A stretch of 64,000 bases of DNA from a bacterium (GTDB taxonomy: Bacteria; SZUA-182; DTGQ01; JAFGSM01): assembly GCA_049472335.1 (NCBI GenBank), contig JBLIRO010000009.1, positions 17,920 to 81,919 of the forward strand. Direction: 5' to 3'. The notes beneath the pieces were generated by a model that was not told where the DNA came from, made no database searches, and saw nothing but the letters and a program-made list of their open reading frames with translations. Of this stretch, positions 1 to 10,629 are shown one piece after another. How positions within the stretch are numbered: the first letter of the stretch is position 1; the number at the start of each line of letters is the position of its first letter. A program made the position numbers and the translations under genes.

Positions 1-69
1 CTAAATATAAATAATGTTAGTAGAATAACATCTTGTTTTGATTGTAAAAATTATCCAAGAATTTATAAT

Positions 70-1377
70 ATGAAATCATTCTCCCAAAAGACCGATATCT
101 TGATTGCAGGTGCTGGGATTGCCGGCTGCGCTGCGGCAAATGAATTGCAGGCCAGAGGGATCGATTATCTTCTTGTAGAAAAAAATGTTGAGCCGGGGGG
201 GCTCACACGCTCCATTAGTGTAGGCGATGCAAATTTTGATTACACAGGACATTTCCTGAATCTGGCACGGGTTAAAAGCCCTGCGGCATTGCCCTATGCA
301 AACCAGAATGACGAAGACTGGATGCAGGTCAAGCGAAAATCCGGAGTATATATCGAGGGTGAGATAGTCCCTGCTCCGCTGCAATATAACCTCTTTTATC
401 TGCCGGAAACATTTAGAGAAAAATGCATCAGAGATTTTCGTAACCGGCCGAAGGAGGAAAAAGTTTTTTCCTTTAAGGAATACCTGATGTCGGGATTCGG
501 ACAAGCTATCTGTGATTGTTTTCTCTTTCCATATAATGAAAAGTTAATGGACTGTGATATCGGGCAACTTTCAGTGGGAGCAGTAAAACGGTTTTTCCCA
601 ATACCAGATACAGAAAGGATAGAAAGGGGATATAGCAAAGAAGGTGAGAATCTATCAACCGGTTATAACAGCACTTTTTGGTATCCCAAAAAACACGGCA
701 TTGGTCTGCTCGCCAGGGGATTGTCTCAAAACCTTAGTAAGCTTTTGACATGCTGTAATATTGAAAGCATTGATCCGGCTTCATATTGTGCTTATACCCG
801 GAGAGGTAAGATATCCTATGAAAGGATGCTCACCTCGATTCCGCTGAAACAGTTTTGTTCGATTACAAATGATGCGGATCTTCAAAACCTTGCCTCTGCT
901 TTGAGACATACCCGCGTGTTCTGTCTGAATTTATTGTTTCATGGTGCTCCCTCTGAATTCTTTAAGAATTTTCATTGGATCTATATACCGGAAAAGGATA
1001 TTCCCTTTTATCGTATAGGGATTTACTCTCACATCTGTCCAAATATGAATCCACCCATGGGCACAGCCTTTTATGTTGAGGTCGCCTTCTCGGACAATAA
1101 AACATTGCCGGGAATGTCCACACTCATGGATGAAATACTGCTTTTTCTTGAAAAACAGGGCTGGGCAAAAAGGTATATGTGTTCGGTGATCTCAGCCAAC
1201 TGGATCGATTGTGCCTATGTGTATTTCGACCATAACCGCCAGGATATAACTGAGAAAATCTTCAAGAAGCTTCGAAATTACAATATATTTCCAATAGGAC
1301 GTTACGGACTTTGGGATTATATTACTATGGAAGATTCAATTATCTCCGGTATTGAAACTGCTCAAAGTTTGTCTTAA
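70..1377 (+). CDS. FAD-dependent oxidoreductase (protoporphyrinogen oxidase-like / UDP-galactopyranose mutase-like family)
   Basis: N-terminal GAGIAG Rossmann motif, EKNVEPGGL, C-terminal GRYGLWDY..MEDSI motif. Confidence 0.75.
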   Translation: MKSFSQKTDILIAGAGIAGCAAANELQARGIDYLLVEKNVEPGGLTRSISVGDANFDYTGHFLNLARVKSPAALPYANQNDEDWMQVKRKSGVYIEGEIVPAPLQYNLFYLPETFREKCIRDFRNRPKEEKVFSFKEYLMSGFGQAICDCFLFPYNEKLMDCDIGQLSVGAVKRFFPIPDTERIERGYSKEGENLSTGYNSTFWYPKKHGIGLLARGLSQNLSKLLTCCNIESIDPASYCAYTRRGKISYERMLTSIPLKQFCSITNDADLQNLASALRHTRVFCLNLLFHGAPSEFFKNFHWIYIPEKDIPFYRIGIYSHICPNMNPPMGTAFYVEVAFSDNKTLPGMSTLMDEILLFLEKQGWAKRYMCSVISANWIDCAYVYFDHNRQDITEKIFKKLRNYNIFPIGRYGLWDYITMEDSIISGIETAQSLS

Positions 1378-1412
1378 ATCACAGGAATTTTTATTTTTAT
1401 TGGGAGTTCCTT

Positions 1413-3407
1413 TCAATAAAGAACTAAAGATCTTTCACATTGCATCAGCTTTAAAAAAACCTCAACTATCTTTTTGTCATATTTGCCTTGCTGGGCTGAC
1501 CTTTCTATCTCCTTTATTGCCGCCTCCCTTTCCCATGGCTCTCTATATGCCCTTGTGGAGGTAAGGGCGTTGTAAACATCGGCTACTGCAACGATCCTTG
1601 CTTCAAGAGGGATCCCTTCCCCCTTTTTGCCTTCCGGATAACCGCTCCCATCAAAATATTCATGGTGGTCTCTGGCTATATTTAATACTGTTTCATCGTT
1701 ATATCCTAAACTTTGAAGGGCTATCATACCCTCAAGTGAATGCTTCATGATCTGTTTGAATTCTAAGTCGGTTAGAATCCCTTCCTGATTCAACAAATAA
1801 TGCGGGACCTTTTCTTTCCCAATATCATGCAGGCAGGCCCCTAATGCTATTTTATTCTTTTCCGATTCGGGTAGATTTAATTCATCGGCAATGGCATAAG
1901 AGATAAAAGCCGCAACCTTCGATCCCCCTATACTTCCATCAATAACCTCTGAAGGCAGGATGATATCCTCAAGATTGTCTACTATTTTTTCAACGGATTT
2001 ATATTTTTCATATAAATAAGGTGGAATTTTATTTTGATCCAGCAATAGATTTTTCAGGCCCAGAATCTCATATACGGCTATTCTTTCCCTTTTCCCTTTG
2101 ATTGCTATTTTTTCATATTCATCCCTCTTTATTATAGCATCAGCATAAGCAATCTTGACCTCAGAGTTATCCGGATCTATCTCCAATACCTTTTCAAAAA
2201 AGTTTAAGGCGCTTGTGACATCGTAAATACTATAATAGAGTTTTCCCAATGAGAATAAAATTTCTACATCCTTAGGATTATTCTCTAATTTTTGTGAATA
2301 TAAGTTGATCTTCTGTTTGACCTGAATAAAGGTATTTTTGTTTTTTTTGATTTCGAAGGCCTTTAGTTTATTAAACTCGACATAAGGAAGGACCTCCTGA
2401 AAGGTGTTTTCATCTACTACAATACTATTATGGGGACATATTTCCTGGAGTCTGTCAGCCAGATTGACCATGCTGCCAATGGCCGTATAACTAATCCTTT
2501 TTTTACCAATTAATCCTGTAACGGCATAACCTGTAGATATACCCACTTTTATTTTCCAGGACTGCTCTAGGTCTTTTAAACATCCTTTCATCTTGATGCC
2601 TGCCGCTACAGCATGAAGAGCATGCAATTTATAATTGATGGGCGCCCCGAATTCACACATTATCTCATCGCCCAGGTACTTGTCTATATGTCCCTTATAT
2701 TTGAAGACAATCGGCTCTATTCTGCAAAATATTTTATTAAGCTCGTTAATTACAACCTCAGGACGGTGTTTATCCGAAAATTTGCTGAATCCGACTAGAT
2801 CACCAAATAGAATACTAATGCGGGACTTTTCATTATGTAATCGGTTTTCAATGATCAATTTAGCCACGTTGGAATCCATGGTGGCATACAAGGTATGTTC
2901 CAACTTTCCTTTAACATGGTTAATAATAGTATTTTTTTCCACTAATTGTTCTGCCTTATAAGCCAGATTTTTATTGCTTTCCTCCAGTTTTTTATTCGAT
3001 GCTTCGAGTCCTTCGAGGGTCTGTTTCATGCTTTTGTTCAGGGATTTAATGTTTTTATTTTCGACACTCAATTTTTCGTGCAGATAGCCGGATATGTAAC
3101 CCGTTGAAATAAGGAAAAATCCCCAGGTGGAAATAGTGATCAATATATCTATCCCGGTTTTTCCAATAAAAAAGGCTTGGGGGAACCAATAGGCAAAAAC
3201 TCCGACAATAATTATGGAAAAAAGCCCTCCCAGTGCAGCATGTTTTTTCCCCTTGTAATAACCCACAAATATAACAGGTATGTAAAAGAGATTTAAGAAA
3301 TCGATTTTATTCGGGATAAAATAATAGATAATCAAGATTGAAGCAAGAACGGTGAGTACAAAGAATTGTTCGAAGTTTCCAATGCTGTATTTTTTAGGTT
3401 TTTCCAT
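1413..3407 (-). CDS. Membrane-anchored class III adenylate/guanylate cyclase with inserted TPR and C-terminal HD-GYP domain
   Basis: N-terminal hydrophobic helices, coiled coil; cyclase motifs FGDLVGFS, DKYLGD, YTAIGSMVNLADRL, KGK; TPR (LFSLGKLYY..ALNFFEKVLEIDPDN); LHDIGK, HHEYFDGSGYP. Confidence 0.85.
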   Translation of the reverse strand: MEKPKKYSIGNFEQFFVLTVLASILIIYYFIPNKIDFLNLFYIPVIFVGYYKGKKHAALGGLFSIIIVGVFAYWFPQAFFIGKTGIDILITISTWGFFLISTGYISGYLHEKLSVENKNIKSLNKSMKQTLEGLEASNKKLEESNKNLAYKAEQLVEKNTIINHVKGKLEHTLYATMDSNVAKLIIENRLHNEKSRISILFGDLVGFSKFSDKHRPEVVINELNKIFCRIEPIVFKYKGHIDKYLGDEIMCEFGAPINYKLHALHAVAAGIKMKGCLKDLEQSWKIKVGISTGYAVTGLIGKKRISYTAIGSMVNLADRLQEICPHNSIVVDENTFQEVLPYVEFNKLKAFEIKKNKNTFIQVKQKINLYSQKLENNPKDVEILFSLGKLYYSIYDVTSALNFFEKVLEIDPDNSEVKIAYADAIIKRDEYEKIAIKGKRERIAVYEILGLKNLLLDQNKIPPYLYEKYKSVEKIVDNLEDIILPSEVIDGSIGGSKVAAFISYAIADELNLPESEKNKIALGACLHDIGKEKVPHYLLNQEGILTDLEFKQIMKHSLEGMIALQSLGYNDETVLNIARDHHEYFDGSGYPEGKKGEGIPLEARIVAVADVYNALTSTRAYREPWEREAAIKEIERSAQQGKYDKKIVEVFLKLMQCERSLVLY

Positions 3408-3563
3408 TAAATTCCCGTTTTCTGCATATTTTTAACTTTTAAAAACTATTTCTAGGATGTATAGACCTATATATCTATTATAATTATTCGGTTTTTTTTT
3501 AGAAAAATTTGGAATTTAAGGAAAAATATCTTTATGGGGAAGATAAACAGTATTCAGCTATAC

Positions 3564-4328
3564 TTAATTTTTTACCTTAAGGCCCTTTGTCTTTAAATAT
3601 TCTTTGACTTCTTTAATGCTTAAGATCCGGTAATGAAAGACCGAAGCAGCTAATAAAATCTCCGCTCCACCACGAATAACCCCGTCATAAAAATGTTCCA
3701 GTTTCCCCGCGCCTCCTGAGGCAATTACAGGAAGATCAACTGCATCAGAAATAGCCTTTGTGAATTCAAGGTCATATCCGGTCTGCGTCCCGTCGCCATC
3801 CATACTGGTGGGAAGTATAACTCCGGCACCCAGGTCTTGACATTCTCTAGCCCACAGTACAGCATCTTTTCTTGCCGGCTTGGTTCCGCCTGAGACGACT
3901 ATCTCAAAACCGGAGGGCATTTTTGAATTCCTTCTGCCATCAATAGCTATGGTGATCTTCTCAGAACCAAATCTTTTTGCTGATTTCGTAACAATATCCG
4001 GTTCATTTACCGCTGCGCTATTCATGGAGATTTTATCCGCACCTGCCTCCAGAACCAATTCGATGTCTTCAAGGGTGGAAATCCCGCCGCCAACCGTAAG
4101 GGAAATATTAATTACAGAGGATACGTTCTTAATCCATTCCAATCTGGTTTTTCTGTTTTCCAATGTAGCCGCTATATCCAGCATAGCCAGCTCATCCGCG
4201 CCTTCCTCTTGATAAAAACGGGCATTTTCAACAGGATCTCCTGCATCTTTGAGGTTTACAAAGTTGACTCCCTTTACAACCCTACCATCTTTCATGTCAA
4301 GACACGGCATAATCTTAATAATCTCCAT
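3564..4328 (-). CDS. hisF: Imidazole glycerol phosphate synthase cyclase subunit
   Basis: [40 protein letters not shown]. Confidence 0.95.
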   Translation of the reverse strand: MEIIKIMPCLDMKDGRVVKGVNFVNLKDAGDPVENARFYQEEGADELAMLDIAATLENRKTRLEWIKNVSSVINISLTVGGGISTLEDIELVLEAGADKISMNSAAVNEPDIVTKSAKRFGSEKITIAIDGRRNSKMPSGFEIVVSGGTKPARKDAVLWARECQDLGAGVILPTSMDGDGTQTGYDLEFTKAISDAVDLPVIASGGAGKLEHFYDGVIRGGAEILLAASVFHYRILSIKEVKEYLKTKGLKVKN

Positions 4329-4492
4329 AAAAGCTCCCTTCGAGTTTTCCTTTATTCAGTATCCAGCAATCGGCATAGCGAAGATCCGCCACGGGAAACC
4401 AGCCTTTAAACTTTTCGAATTGAGGCGAAACTTCAATAGCATATATTATTTCACTATGCCATTATACATTTATGTAAAAAGATATTTCAAGA

Positions 4493-4602
4493 TGCTGGGG
4501 ATGTATCCCCAGCAATTCTGATTATGATAATTGTTTTACCGGATCCGACTGACCATAGATTGTTTCTCCATAATTAATTGCTGGAATGCATCCCCGGCAA
4601 TT
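4493..4602. repeat. Pair of related short palindromes (REP-like)
   Basis: TGCTGGGGAT-GT-ATCCCCAGCA at 4493-4514 and AATTGCTGGAATGCATCCCCGGCAATT at 4576-4602. Confidence 0.55.
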
Positions 4603-4617
4603 TTAGTGATGAACGAA

Positions 4618-5310
4618 TTATTTAAATGGGGGAGGCCAGGGCCAGTTATCAGGATTAGGGGATTCTATAAGGACTTTTTCTTCCTTTGTGGGATGTGTTA
4701 TTATAAGTCTCTTGGCTAAAAGAGCAATCCTGCGATCGGGTAAACAACAGGGCGAGCCATACTTTCTGTCTCCGAGGACCGGATGGCCCATACCAGCCAT
4801 CTGAACCCGGATTTGATGATGGCGGCCTGTTTTTAGTTCAATCTCCATAAGACTTAACTTGGAAAAACTCTCCAATGTTCGATATGACAATATTGCGATT
4901 TGGGCATTTTTCATGTCAGGCCTGCTGAGAAAGCTTTTCCGACCATGTCTTCTTATATGTCCGGATATTTCTCCTTCAGAAGGGAAAGGTTTTCCATGTA
5001 TCACAGCCCAGTAAGTCTTCTTAATCATGTGTTCACGGATTTGTTCACAGAGCCTGTTTGCAGCCTTGGATGTCCTGGCAAACAGGACCACCCCTGCCAC
5101 CGGCCTGTCCAGTCTTTGTATAAGTCCGATATAAACCCTGCCGGGCTTATTATATTTTGTTTTAATATATTCCCTTGCCATCTCGAGCAACGTCAAGTCA
5201 CCGGTATTGTCCCCTTGTACAAGAAGGCCGGCGGGTTTAAAAACTGCAAGCAAATGATTGTCCTCATATAAAACCTGTAGAATGGGTTTTTTAGGTTTTT
5301 TCTCATCCAT
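4618..5310 (-). CDS. RluA-family pseudouridine synthase
   Basis: YEDNHLLAVFKPAGL, QRLDRPVAG (catalytic Asp), TGRHHQIR, HPVLGDRKYG. Confidence 0.92.
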   Translation of the reverse strand: MDEKKPKKPILQVLYEDNHLLAVFKPAGLLVQGDNTGDLTLLEMAREYIKTKYNKPGRVYIGLIQRLDRPVAGVVLFARTSKAANRLCEQIREHMIKKTYWAVIHGKPFPSEGEISGHIRRHGRKSFLSRPDMKNAQIAILSYRTLESFSKLSLMEIELKTGRHHQIRVQMAGMGHPVLGDRKYGSPCCLPDRRIALLAKRLIITHPTKEEKVLIESPNPDNWPWPPPFK

Positions 5311-5531
5311 TACAAGAATATCTCATGACTAAAAAGGATTGCTGGTCAGTAAATCAATAACTTGACCTTTGATCAAAATTTCTGTCATACTATACAGGTT
5401 AAGGTACTGATTAGACAATAATTAAAAAGATAAAAGGCCCTTTACCGGAGAATAAAATATATTAAGATATCGTGTTTTTTAAATCAACTCAGATATATAT
5501 CAGATGATATGTATAAAAGGAAAGGAGTATC

Positions 5532-6428
5532 ATGAAAGGGATCATTTTGGCCGGGGGGGCAGGCACCAGGCTCCATCCCATTACGCGCGCCGTGAGTAAA
5601 CAGCTTCTTGCAGTTTATGATAAACCGATGGTTTATTATCCCCTATCAGTACTTATGTTAGCTGGAATTCGCGAGATCCTTATTATTTCTACACCTTCCG
5701 ATTTGCCAAGTTTTAGGACCCTTTTTGGAAATGGCTCTCAACTGGGTCTGCGTTTTTCTTATGAAGAACAACCACGGCCTGAAGGCCTCGCACAGGCCTT
5801 TATAATCGGCAAAAAATTTATAGGGAAGGATTCGGTATGTCTTGTGCTCGGAGATAATATATTTCATGGGCAAGGGCTGTCAGGTATACTAAAGAAATGC
5901 ACCGAGCTGAAAAAAGGGGGCATAATTTTTGGGTACCTTGTAAAGGATCCTCAACGCTATGGTGTTGTGGAATTTGATGAAAACGGAAAAGTCATCGGAA
6001 TAGAGGAGAAGCCCAAACAACCTAAATCCAGATATGCTGTCCCCGGTCTGTATTTTTATGATAATACAGTTGTAAGTATTGCCGAAAATCTTAAACCTTC
6101 AGCGCGTGGTGAGCTTGAAATCACCGATGTGAATTATGAATATTTGCGCAAGGGGACACTCAAGGTAGAGCTTTTCGGTCGCGGCTTTTGTTGGCTTGAC
6201 ACAGGGACCTATGAATCCCTTCATCATGCCGCAAATTATGTCCAGGCAGTACAAGATAGACAGGCCTTGAAGATTGCCTGTATCGAAGAGATCGCTTACC
6301 GCATGGGTTATATAGACGAAGCACAAATAAGGAAACTGGCCTGTGGCTTGTTCCAAAATGAATATGGTCATTATCTGTTAAGTATTCTGGAAGGAAAAAA
6401 GGCAGGAATAACTCATGAAAATCATTGA
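5532..6428 (+). CDS. rmlA: Glucose-1-phosphate thymidylyltransferase
   Basis: [38 protein letters not shown]. Confidence 0.96.
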   Translation: MKGIILAGGAGTRLHPITRAVSKQLLAVYDKPMVYYPLSVLMLAGIREILIISTPSDLPSFRTLFGNGSQLGLRFSYEEQPRPEGLAQAFIIGKKFIGKDSVCLVLGDNIFHGQGLSGILKKCTELKKGGIIFGYLVKDPQRYGVVEFDENGKVIGIEEKPKQPKSRYAVPGLYFYDNTVVSIAENLKPSARGELEITDVNYEYLRKGTLKVELFGRGFCWLDTGTYESLHHAANYVQAVQDRQALKIACIEEIAYRMGYIDEAQIRKLACGLFQNEYGHYLLSILEGKKAGITHENH

Positions 6429-6957
6429 AACAGCGCTGCCCGGTGTTTTATTGATAGAACCCGATGTGTTTGAAGATAACAGAGGCTTTTTCATGGAGAC
6501 ATACCACAATGACAAGTATGCTTCAGGAGGGATTGACCGGGTTTTTGTTCAGGACAATTATTCCTATTCCATAAAGGGAACCCTAAGGGGGCTGCATTAC
6601 CAATTTCCCCATCCCCAGGCTAAACTGATATTTGCCATAAGTGGAGAGATATATGATGTTGCTGTGGATATTCGAAGCGGGTCTCCAACCTTCGGGAAAT
6701 GGGTAGGAGTAAATCTTTCATCAAAAAACAAGCGTCAGATCTTAGTGCCTGAGGGGTTTGCACATGGCTTTTGCGTGATAAGTGATACTGCGAAGGTGAT
6801 ATATAAATGTACAGATTTTTACTACCCTGAGTATGATCAGGGAATCTTATGGTCTGATCCGGCCATTGGGATTGATTGGCCTGTTAAAAACCCCCTTCTT
6901 TCTATAAAGGATGCTCAATTGCCACGGCTGGGAAAAGGTGTTGCGTTGACCTGGTAA
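6415..6957 (+). CDS. rmlC: dTDP-4-dehydrorhamnose 3,5-epimerase
   Basis: [39 protein letters not shown]; overlaps the rmlA stop. Confidence 0.96.
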   Translation: MKIIETALPGVLLIEPDVFEDNRGFFMETYHNDKYASGGIDRVFVQDNYSYSIKGTLRGLHYQFPHPQAKLIFAISGEIYDVAVDIRSGSPTFGKWVGVNLSSKNKRQILVPEGFAHGFCVISDTAKVIYKCTDFYYPEYDQGILWSDPAIGIDWPVKNPLLSIKDAQLPRLGKGVALTW

Positions 6958-6974
6958 TAAGCCGTAATTCTTGA

Positions 6975-7003
6975 TTGATTATACCATCGCCTCATGATAT
7001 TCT
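6975..7003 (+). promoter_or_regulatory. Putative sigma-70 promoter for the M50 protease / MBL hydrolase pair
   Basis: TTGATT-N17-TATTCT with TG extension. Confidence 0.4.
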
Positions 7004-7206
7004 TATAAACAAGAGGAGAAGTTATAAATACGAGATAAACTCATAAAAAGTCATTAAAGGAGTCATTGGCATTTTATACAAAAAACTCCCTAATCGGTGG
7101 AATGACTTTTTATAATCCATCATGTGTTACTAATAAAAACTTTAGGCACTCGACACTTTAGGCACTTACTTTATAACTTTAGATATTTTACTTTTAAGGG
7201 ATTAGA

Positions 7207-7845
7207 ATGAAGTTAGATCCAATAATCCTGTTGCAATTTGTTGCACTGCTTTTTTCCATAACTATTCATGAAGCCAGCCATGCTTGGATGGCTAAAAAAT
7301 GCGGAGATCCGACTGCCGCATATCTAGGGAGGATTACTCTAAATCCTGTGCCCCATATTGATCTCATCGGAACAATCATTATACCGTTGTTCCTTATGAT
7401 TTTCAGCCCGGGATTCGGATTGATAGGGTGGGGAAAGCCATGTCCTGTTAATCCGCTTAATTACAGAAACTATAAAAGAGATGATATTTTGGTTTCCATA
7501 GCAGGTGTCACTTCGAATTTTATAGCCGCGCTTGCGAGCCTGCTCCTTCTAAAATCTTTTCTTACGTTGGGTTTCAATTCAAAAGGAATGTTCGTTCTTT
7601 TTCAGATCATGTTTCAGCTCAACATTGTGCTTATGATTTTCAACCTGTTGCCCATACCTCCGCTTGACGGATCTCATTTGCTGAAACAGCTTTTGTCGCA
7701 AGATACTGCTGAGAAATTAGCGTTTCTGGATCAATGGGGTTTTTTGATTCTGCTTATCTTGATCAATACGCCTGTGTTTGATAGCTTTTTTTTCCTGTTT
7801 ATGAATCCCTTTAATAGGCTTTTTTGGCTTATAGTAAATATATAA
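7207..7845 (+). CDS. Site-2 protease (peptidase M50) family membrane metalloprotease
   Basis: HEASH (HExxH), GDPTA..GRITLNP, FNLLPIPPLDG. Confidence 0.93.
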   Translation: MKLDPIILLQFVALLFSITIHEASHAWMAKKCGDPTAAYLGRITLNPVPHIDLIGTIIIPLFLMIFSPGFGLIGWGKPCPVNPLNYRNYKRDDILVSIAGVTSNFIAALASLLLLKSFLTLGFNSKGMFVLFQIMFQLNIVLMIFNLLPIPPLDGSHLLKQLLSQDTAEKLAFLDQWGFLILLILINTPVFDSFFFLFMNPFNRLFWLIVNI

Positions 7846-7874
7846 AAATCTTATATTAAAAGGAGTCGTTAGTC

Positions 7875-8483
7875 ATGGAATTAAAACGTTTGGGACATGC
7901 CTGCTTTAAAATCAAGGGGAACGGACTAATTATCTATATTGATCCTTATAATCTTAAAAATCCTGATCAAGCAGACCTTATACTTATAACCCACGACCAT
8001 TATGATCATTGCAGCCTGAATGATATAGAAAAGATCAGAACCGATAATACCATTATTATTGCTTCTGCGGACTGTTCCATTAGCGGGGATGTCAGACATA
8101 TGAATCCGGGTGATAAGATGGTTGTAAAGGGTGTGGAGATTGAGGCGGTATCTGCCTATAATATAGGTAAGCCTTTCCATCCGAGAGAAAAAGGAAATTT
8201 AGGCTATATAATTACTGTAGAAGGAAAAAGGATATATCACGCCGGAGATACTGATCTCATTTCAGAGATGAATTCTATAACATGTGATATTGCACTTTTG
8301 CCGGTCAGTGGAACCTATGTTATGACCCCTCAGGAGGCTGCAAAGGCGGCAGACATGATCAGGCCGTCTCTGGTGGCTATACCGATGCATTATGGTTCGG
8401 GAGTCGTAGGAACAACAGTGGATGCTGAGAACTTTGAAAAGAACACAGGCATTCATGTAGTGTTTGATACATATACATGTTAG
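7875..8483 (+). CDS. MBL-fold metallo-hydrolase
   Basis: LGHACF, IDPY, THDHYDH, YHAGDT, PMHYG. Confidence 0.9.
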   Translation: MELKRLGHACFKIKGNGLIIYIDPYNLKNPDQADLILITHDHYDHCSLNDIEKIRTDNTIIIASADCSISGDVRHMNPGDKMVVKGVEIEAVSAYNIGKPFHPREKGNLGYIITVEGKRIYHAGDTDLISEMNSITCDIALLPVSGTYVMTPQEAAKAADMIRPSLVAIPMHYGSGVVGTTVDAENFEKNTGIHVVFDTYTC

Positions 8484-8506
8484 TTCTGTTTATTACTTAA
8501 GATCAC

Positions 8507-9223
8507 TTAATGCCATTTCCGGTAATCATTTTGATTGCGGTCCCGTATCCTCCTTATTTTTTTAAGAATGTTGGGATATTCCAAGTATATATAACCGATA
8601 ACCATCCCTCCCAGATGGGCCATATGCGCAATACCGTCTTTTCTAGCTGAGATTGAGGAGACAAATTCTATAAGGCCGAAAATGAGTGCAAAATACTTGG
8701 CCTTGATTGGATAGGGGAAAAATATAAGCAATATATCCCTGTCAGGATATGTTAAGGCAAAGGCGAGCAAGATTCCATAGATAGCGCCTGAAGCGCCGAT
8801 TATTGGAATTGGTGAGTAAAAAGTAAATATGGCGGAACATAAACCCGCTCCAATTCCGGTAATGAAAAAATATTTGATAAAGAACCTTGTCCCCCAACGA
8901 TATTCAAGATCGCTCCCAAACATCCACAAAGCGAAGAGATTGAAAAAGATATGGGTGATCCCGCCGTGAAGGAATATATAGGTGACAGGCTGCCATATAA
9001 ATCCCCTCCAGAAAAAAAGCGGTGTGAGTCCAAACAATGGATTCAGACCAGGATACGGCATGATATGATAGTGAAGGAAGAAACCGGAGGGTATTATCTG
9101 GACGTTGTCCAAAATTATCTGCAAGAAAAAGACAACTCCTATGATAATCATTAATTTCTTTATTCCCGGGCTTAAAGGTGGCCCAAATGAGGTATATCTG
9201 GGTCTGTATTCATAATAAGGCAT
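8507..9223 (-). CDS. Rhomboid intramembrane serine protease
   Basis: WQPVTYIFLHG..HIFFN, GASG, AHMAHLGG. Confidence 0.93.
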   Translation of the reverse strand: MPYYEYRPRYTSFGPPLSPGIKKLMIIIGVVFFLQIILDNVQIIPSGFFLHYHIMPYPGLNPLFGLTPLFFWRGFIWQPVTYIFLHGGITHIFFNLFALWMFGSDLEYRWGTRFFIKYFFITGIGAGLCSAIFTFYSPIPIIGASGAIYGILLAFALTYPDRDILLIFFPYPIKAKYFALIFGLIEFVSSISARKDGIAHMAHLGGMVIGYIYLEYPNILKKIRRIRDRNQNDYRKWH

Positions 9224-9274
9224 TTTTTGTCCTGTCTGTTTAATTCACTCTTTTAACTCAATTCCAGATGAAAA

Positions 9275-9859
9275 TTATCGTCTCTTGAATCTTTTTATAA
9301 TTGTGGCTGCCAGGAAGATTTTGAAAATAGATCCCGGAATAAAAGGAAAGAAGCCCATATAGAGGGCTTGTGTAAGATTACATTTACCCCAAAGTATCAA
9401 TTGAGTAATCCCTAATATAAAGATAGCAGAAGTAGCGAGAAATAGCACTCCAATAATCTTTGCCCAGGAATGATTTGATCCTGAGCCTATTATATTCCCG
9501 ACAATCCACGCTGCAACCACGAATCCGATAAGATACCCCCCGGTAGGACCGAGGATATATAAAAGGCCGCATGAGGCACCTGCAAAAATAGGAAAGCCAC
9601 ATGCACCCATGAGAAGATAAAGACCCATTGTGCCCGCCCCCCAAACGCTTCCAAGAAATGCACCGGCTAGAAGAACAAAAAGGGTTTGAAGGGTAAAGGG
9701 TACAGGCGTAAAGGGCAAATATACTCTGACGAATGCCCCCAGGGCCATTAATATTATAAATATACCCATACCCATAATTCGATTTACAATATATGGAAGA
9801 TTTATGGGTAAGGTAAGAATTTCTTTAATATCAGTATATGAATAAGCTTGAATCTTCAT
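9275..9859 (-). CDS. bioY: Biotin transporter BioY
   Basis: PFTPVPFTLQTL, GPTGGYLIGF; multiple TM helices. Confidence 0.92.
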   Translation of the reverse strand: MKIQAYSYTDIKEILTLPINLPYIVNRIMGMGIFIILMALGAFVRVYLPFTPVPFTLQTLFVLLAGAFLGSVWGAGTMGLYLLMGACGFPIFAGASCGLLYILGPTGGYLIGFVVAAWIVGNIIGSGSNHSWAKIIGVLFLATSAIFILGITQLILWGKCNLTQALYMGFFPFIPGSIFKIFLAATIIKRFKRR

Positions 9860-9984
9860 GCCAGTTCCCTATTAAAAAACACTTAATCTCTTTAAACAAA
9901 TAAAATGTTACATTTTTTTTATACTTTGGATTTTTTAAAACATCTTGTTTTACCAAAAGATTTCAGAAAAATCAATAGGGTTTC

Positions 9985-10572
9985 TTAAGTAAAGTCTTTA
10001 TGTATGTTTTCGCCCAATAAAAATGCCTCTTGCAAGGCAGTGGGGTGAGACTTGATGGCCCCTTTCTCATCCACCCCTCTAATCAGAAGTTGTCCTGCAT
10101 AATTAACATCTAAGGTATCAAAGAAGTATTTTACTGTCAACTTGACTCCTTTAAATAGCTTTTCACCTTTTGTTGCACCCACAGACACAAAATAGCCCTT
10201 TCTTTCTTTCTGAATCGGTAAGGGTCTTTTTAGAATATATTTGTTTACCCAAAGGGACTGACATCTGTCCACAAAGGCTTTGGTATGGGCAGGCAGGCTG
10301 TAAAAGAAGATAGGTGTGGCGAGGACTATGGCATCCGCGTCAAAAACAGGACCTAATACCTTATCAAAATCATCCTTGATGACGCAACGGCCTGTCTTTC
10401 TACATCCATAGATCTCAATACAAGGTTTGATCTTGTAAGAAGATATGATCACTTTTTCTGTATTTGCCCCTTTGGATTGAGCGCCTCTTAGCACCTCGTC
10501 GAGGAGAAGCTCCGTATTCCCTCCCAGCCTGGGGCTACCCATTAAACCAAGGACTTTCAAATTATTTTTCAT
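9985..10572 (-). CDS. Flavodoxin-like NADPH-dependent FMN reductase / iron-sulfur flavoprotein family
   Basis: GSPRLGGNT, PCIEIYGCRKTGRC..DD, ATPIFF, KAFVDRCQ. Confidence 0.85.
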   Translation of the reverse strand: MKNNLKVLGLMGSPRLGGNTELLLDEVLRGAQSKGANTEKVIISSYKIKPCIEIYGCRKTGRCVIKDDFDKVLGPVFDADAIVLATPIFFYSLPAHTKAFVDRCQSLWVNKYILKRPLPIQKERKGYFVSVGATKGEKLFKGVKLTVKYFFDTLDVNYAGQLLIRGVDEKGAIKSHPTALQEAFLLGENIHKDFT

Positions 10573-10629
10573 AATAAGATAAAAGAGGTCGATGATACTT
10601 GTTTTTCATTGTATAATATACCATAAGAA

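Noticed and set aside
5532..6957. rmlA-rmlC without rmlB/rmlD as a novel pathway
   Set aside because: Split rml loci are common; the other genes are probably elsewhere in the genome.
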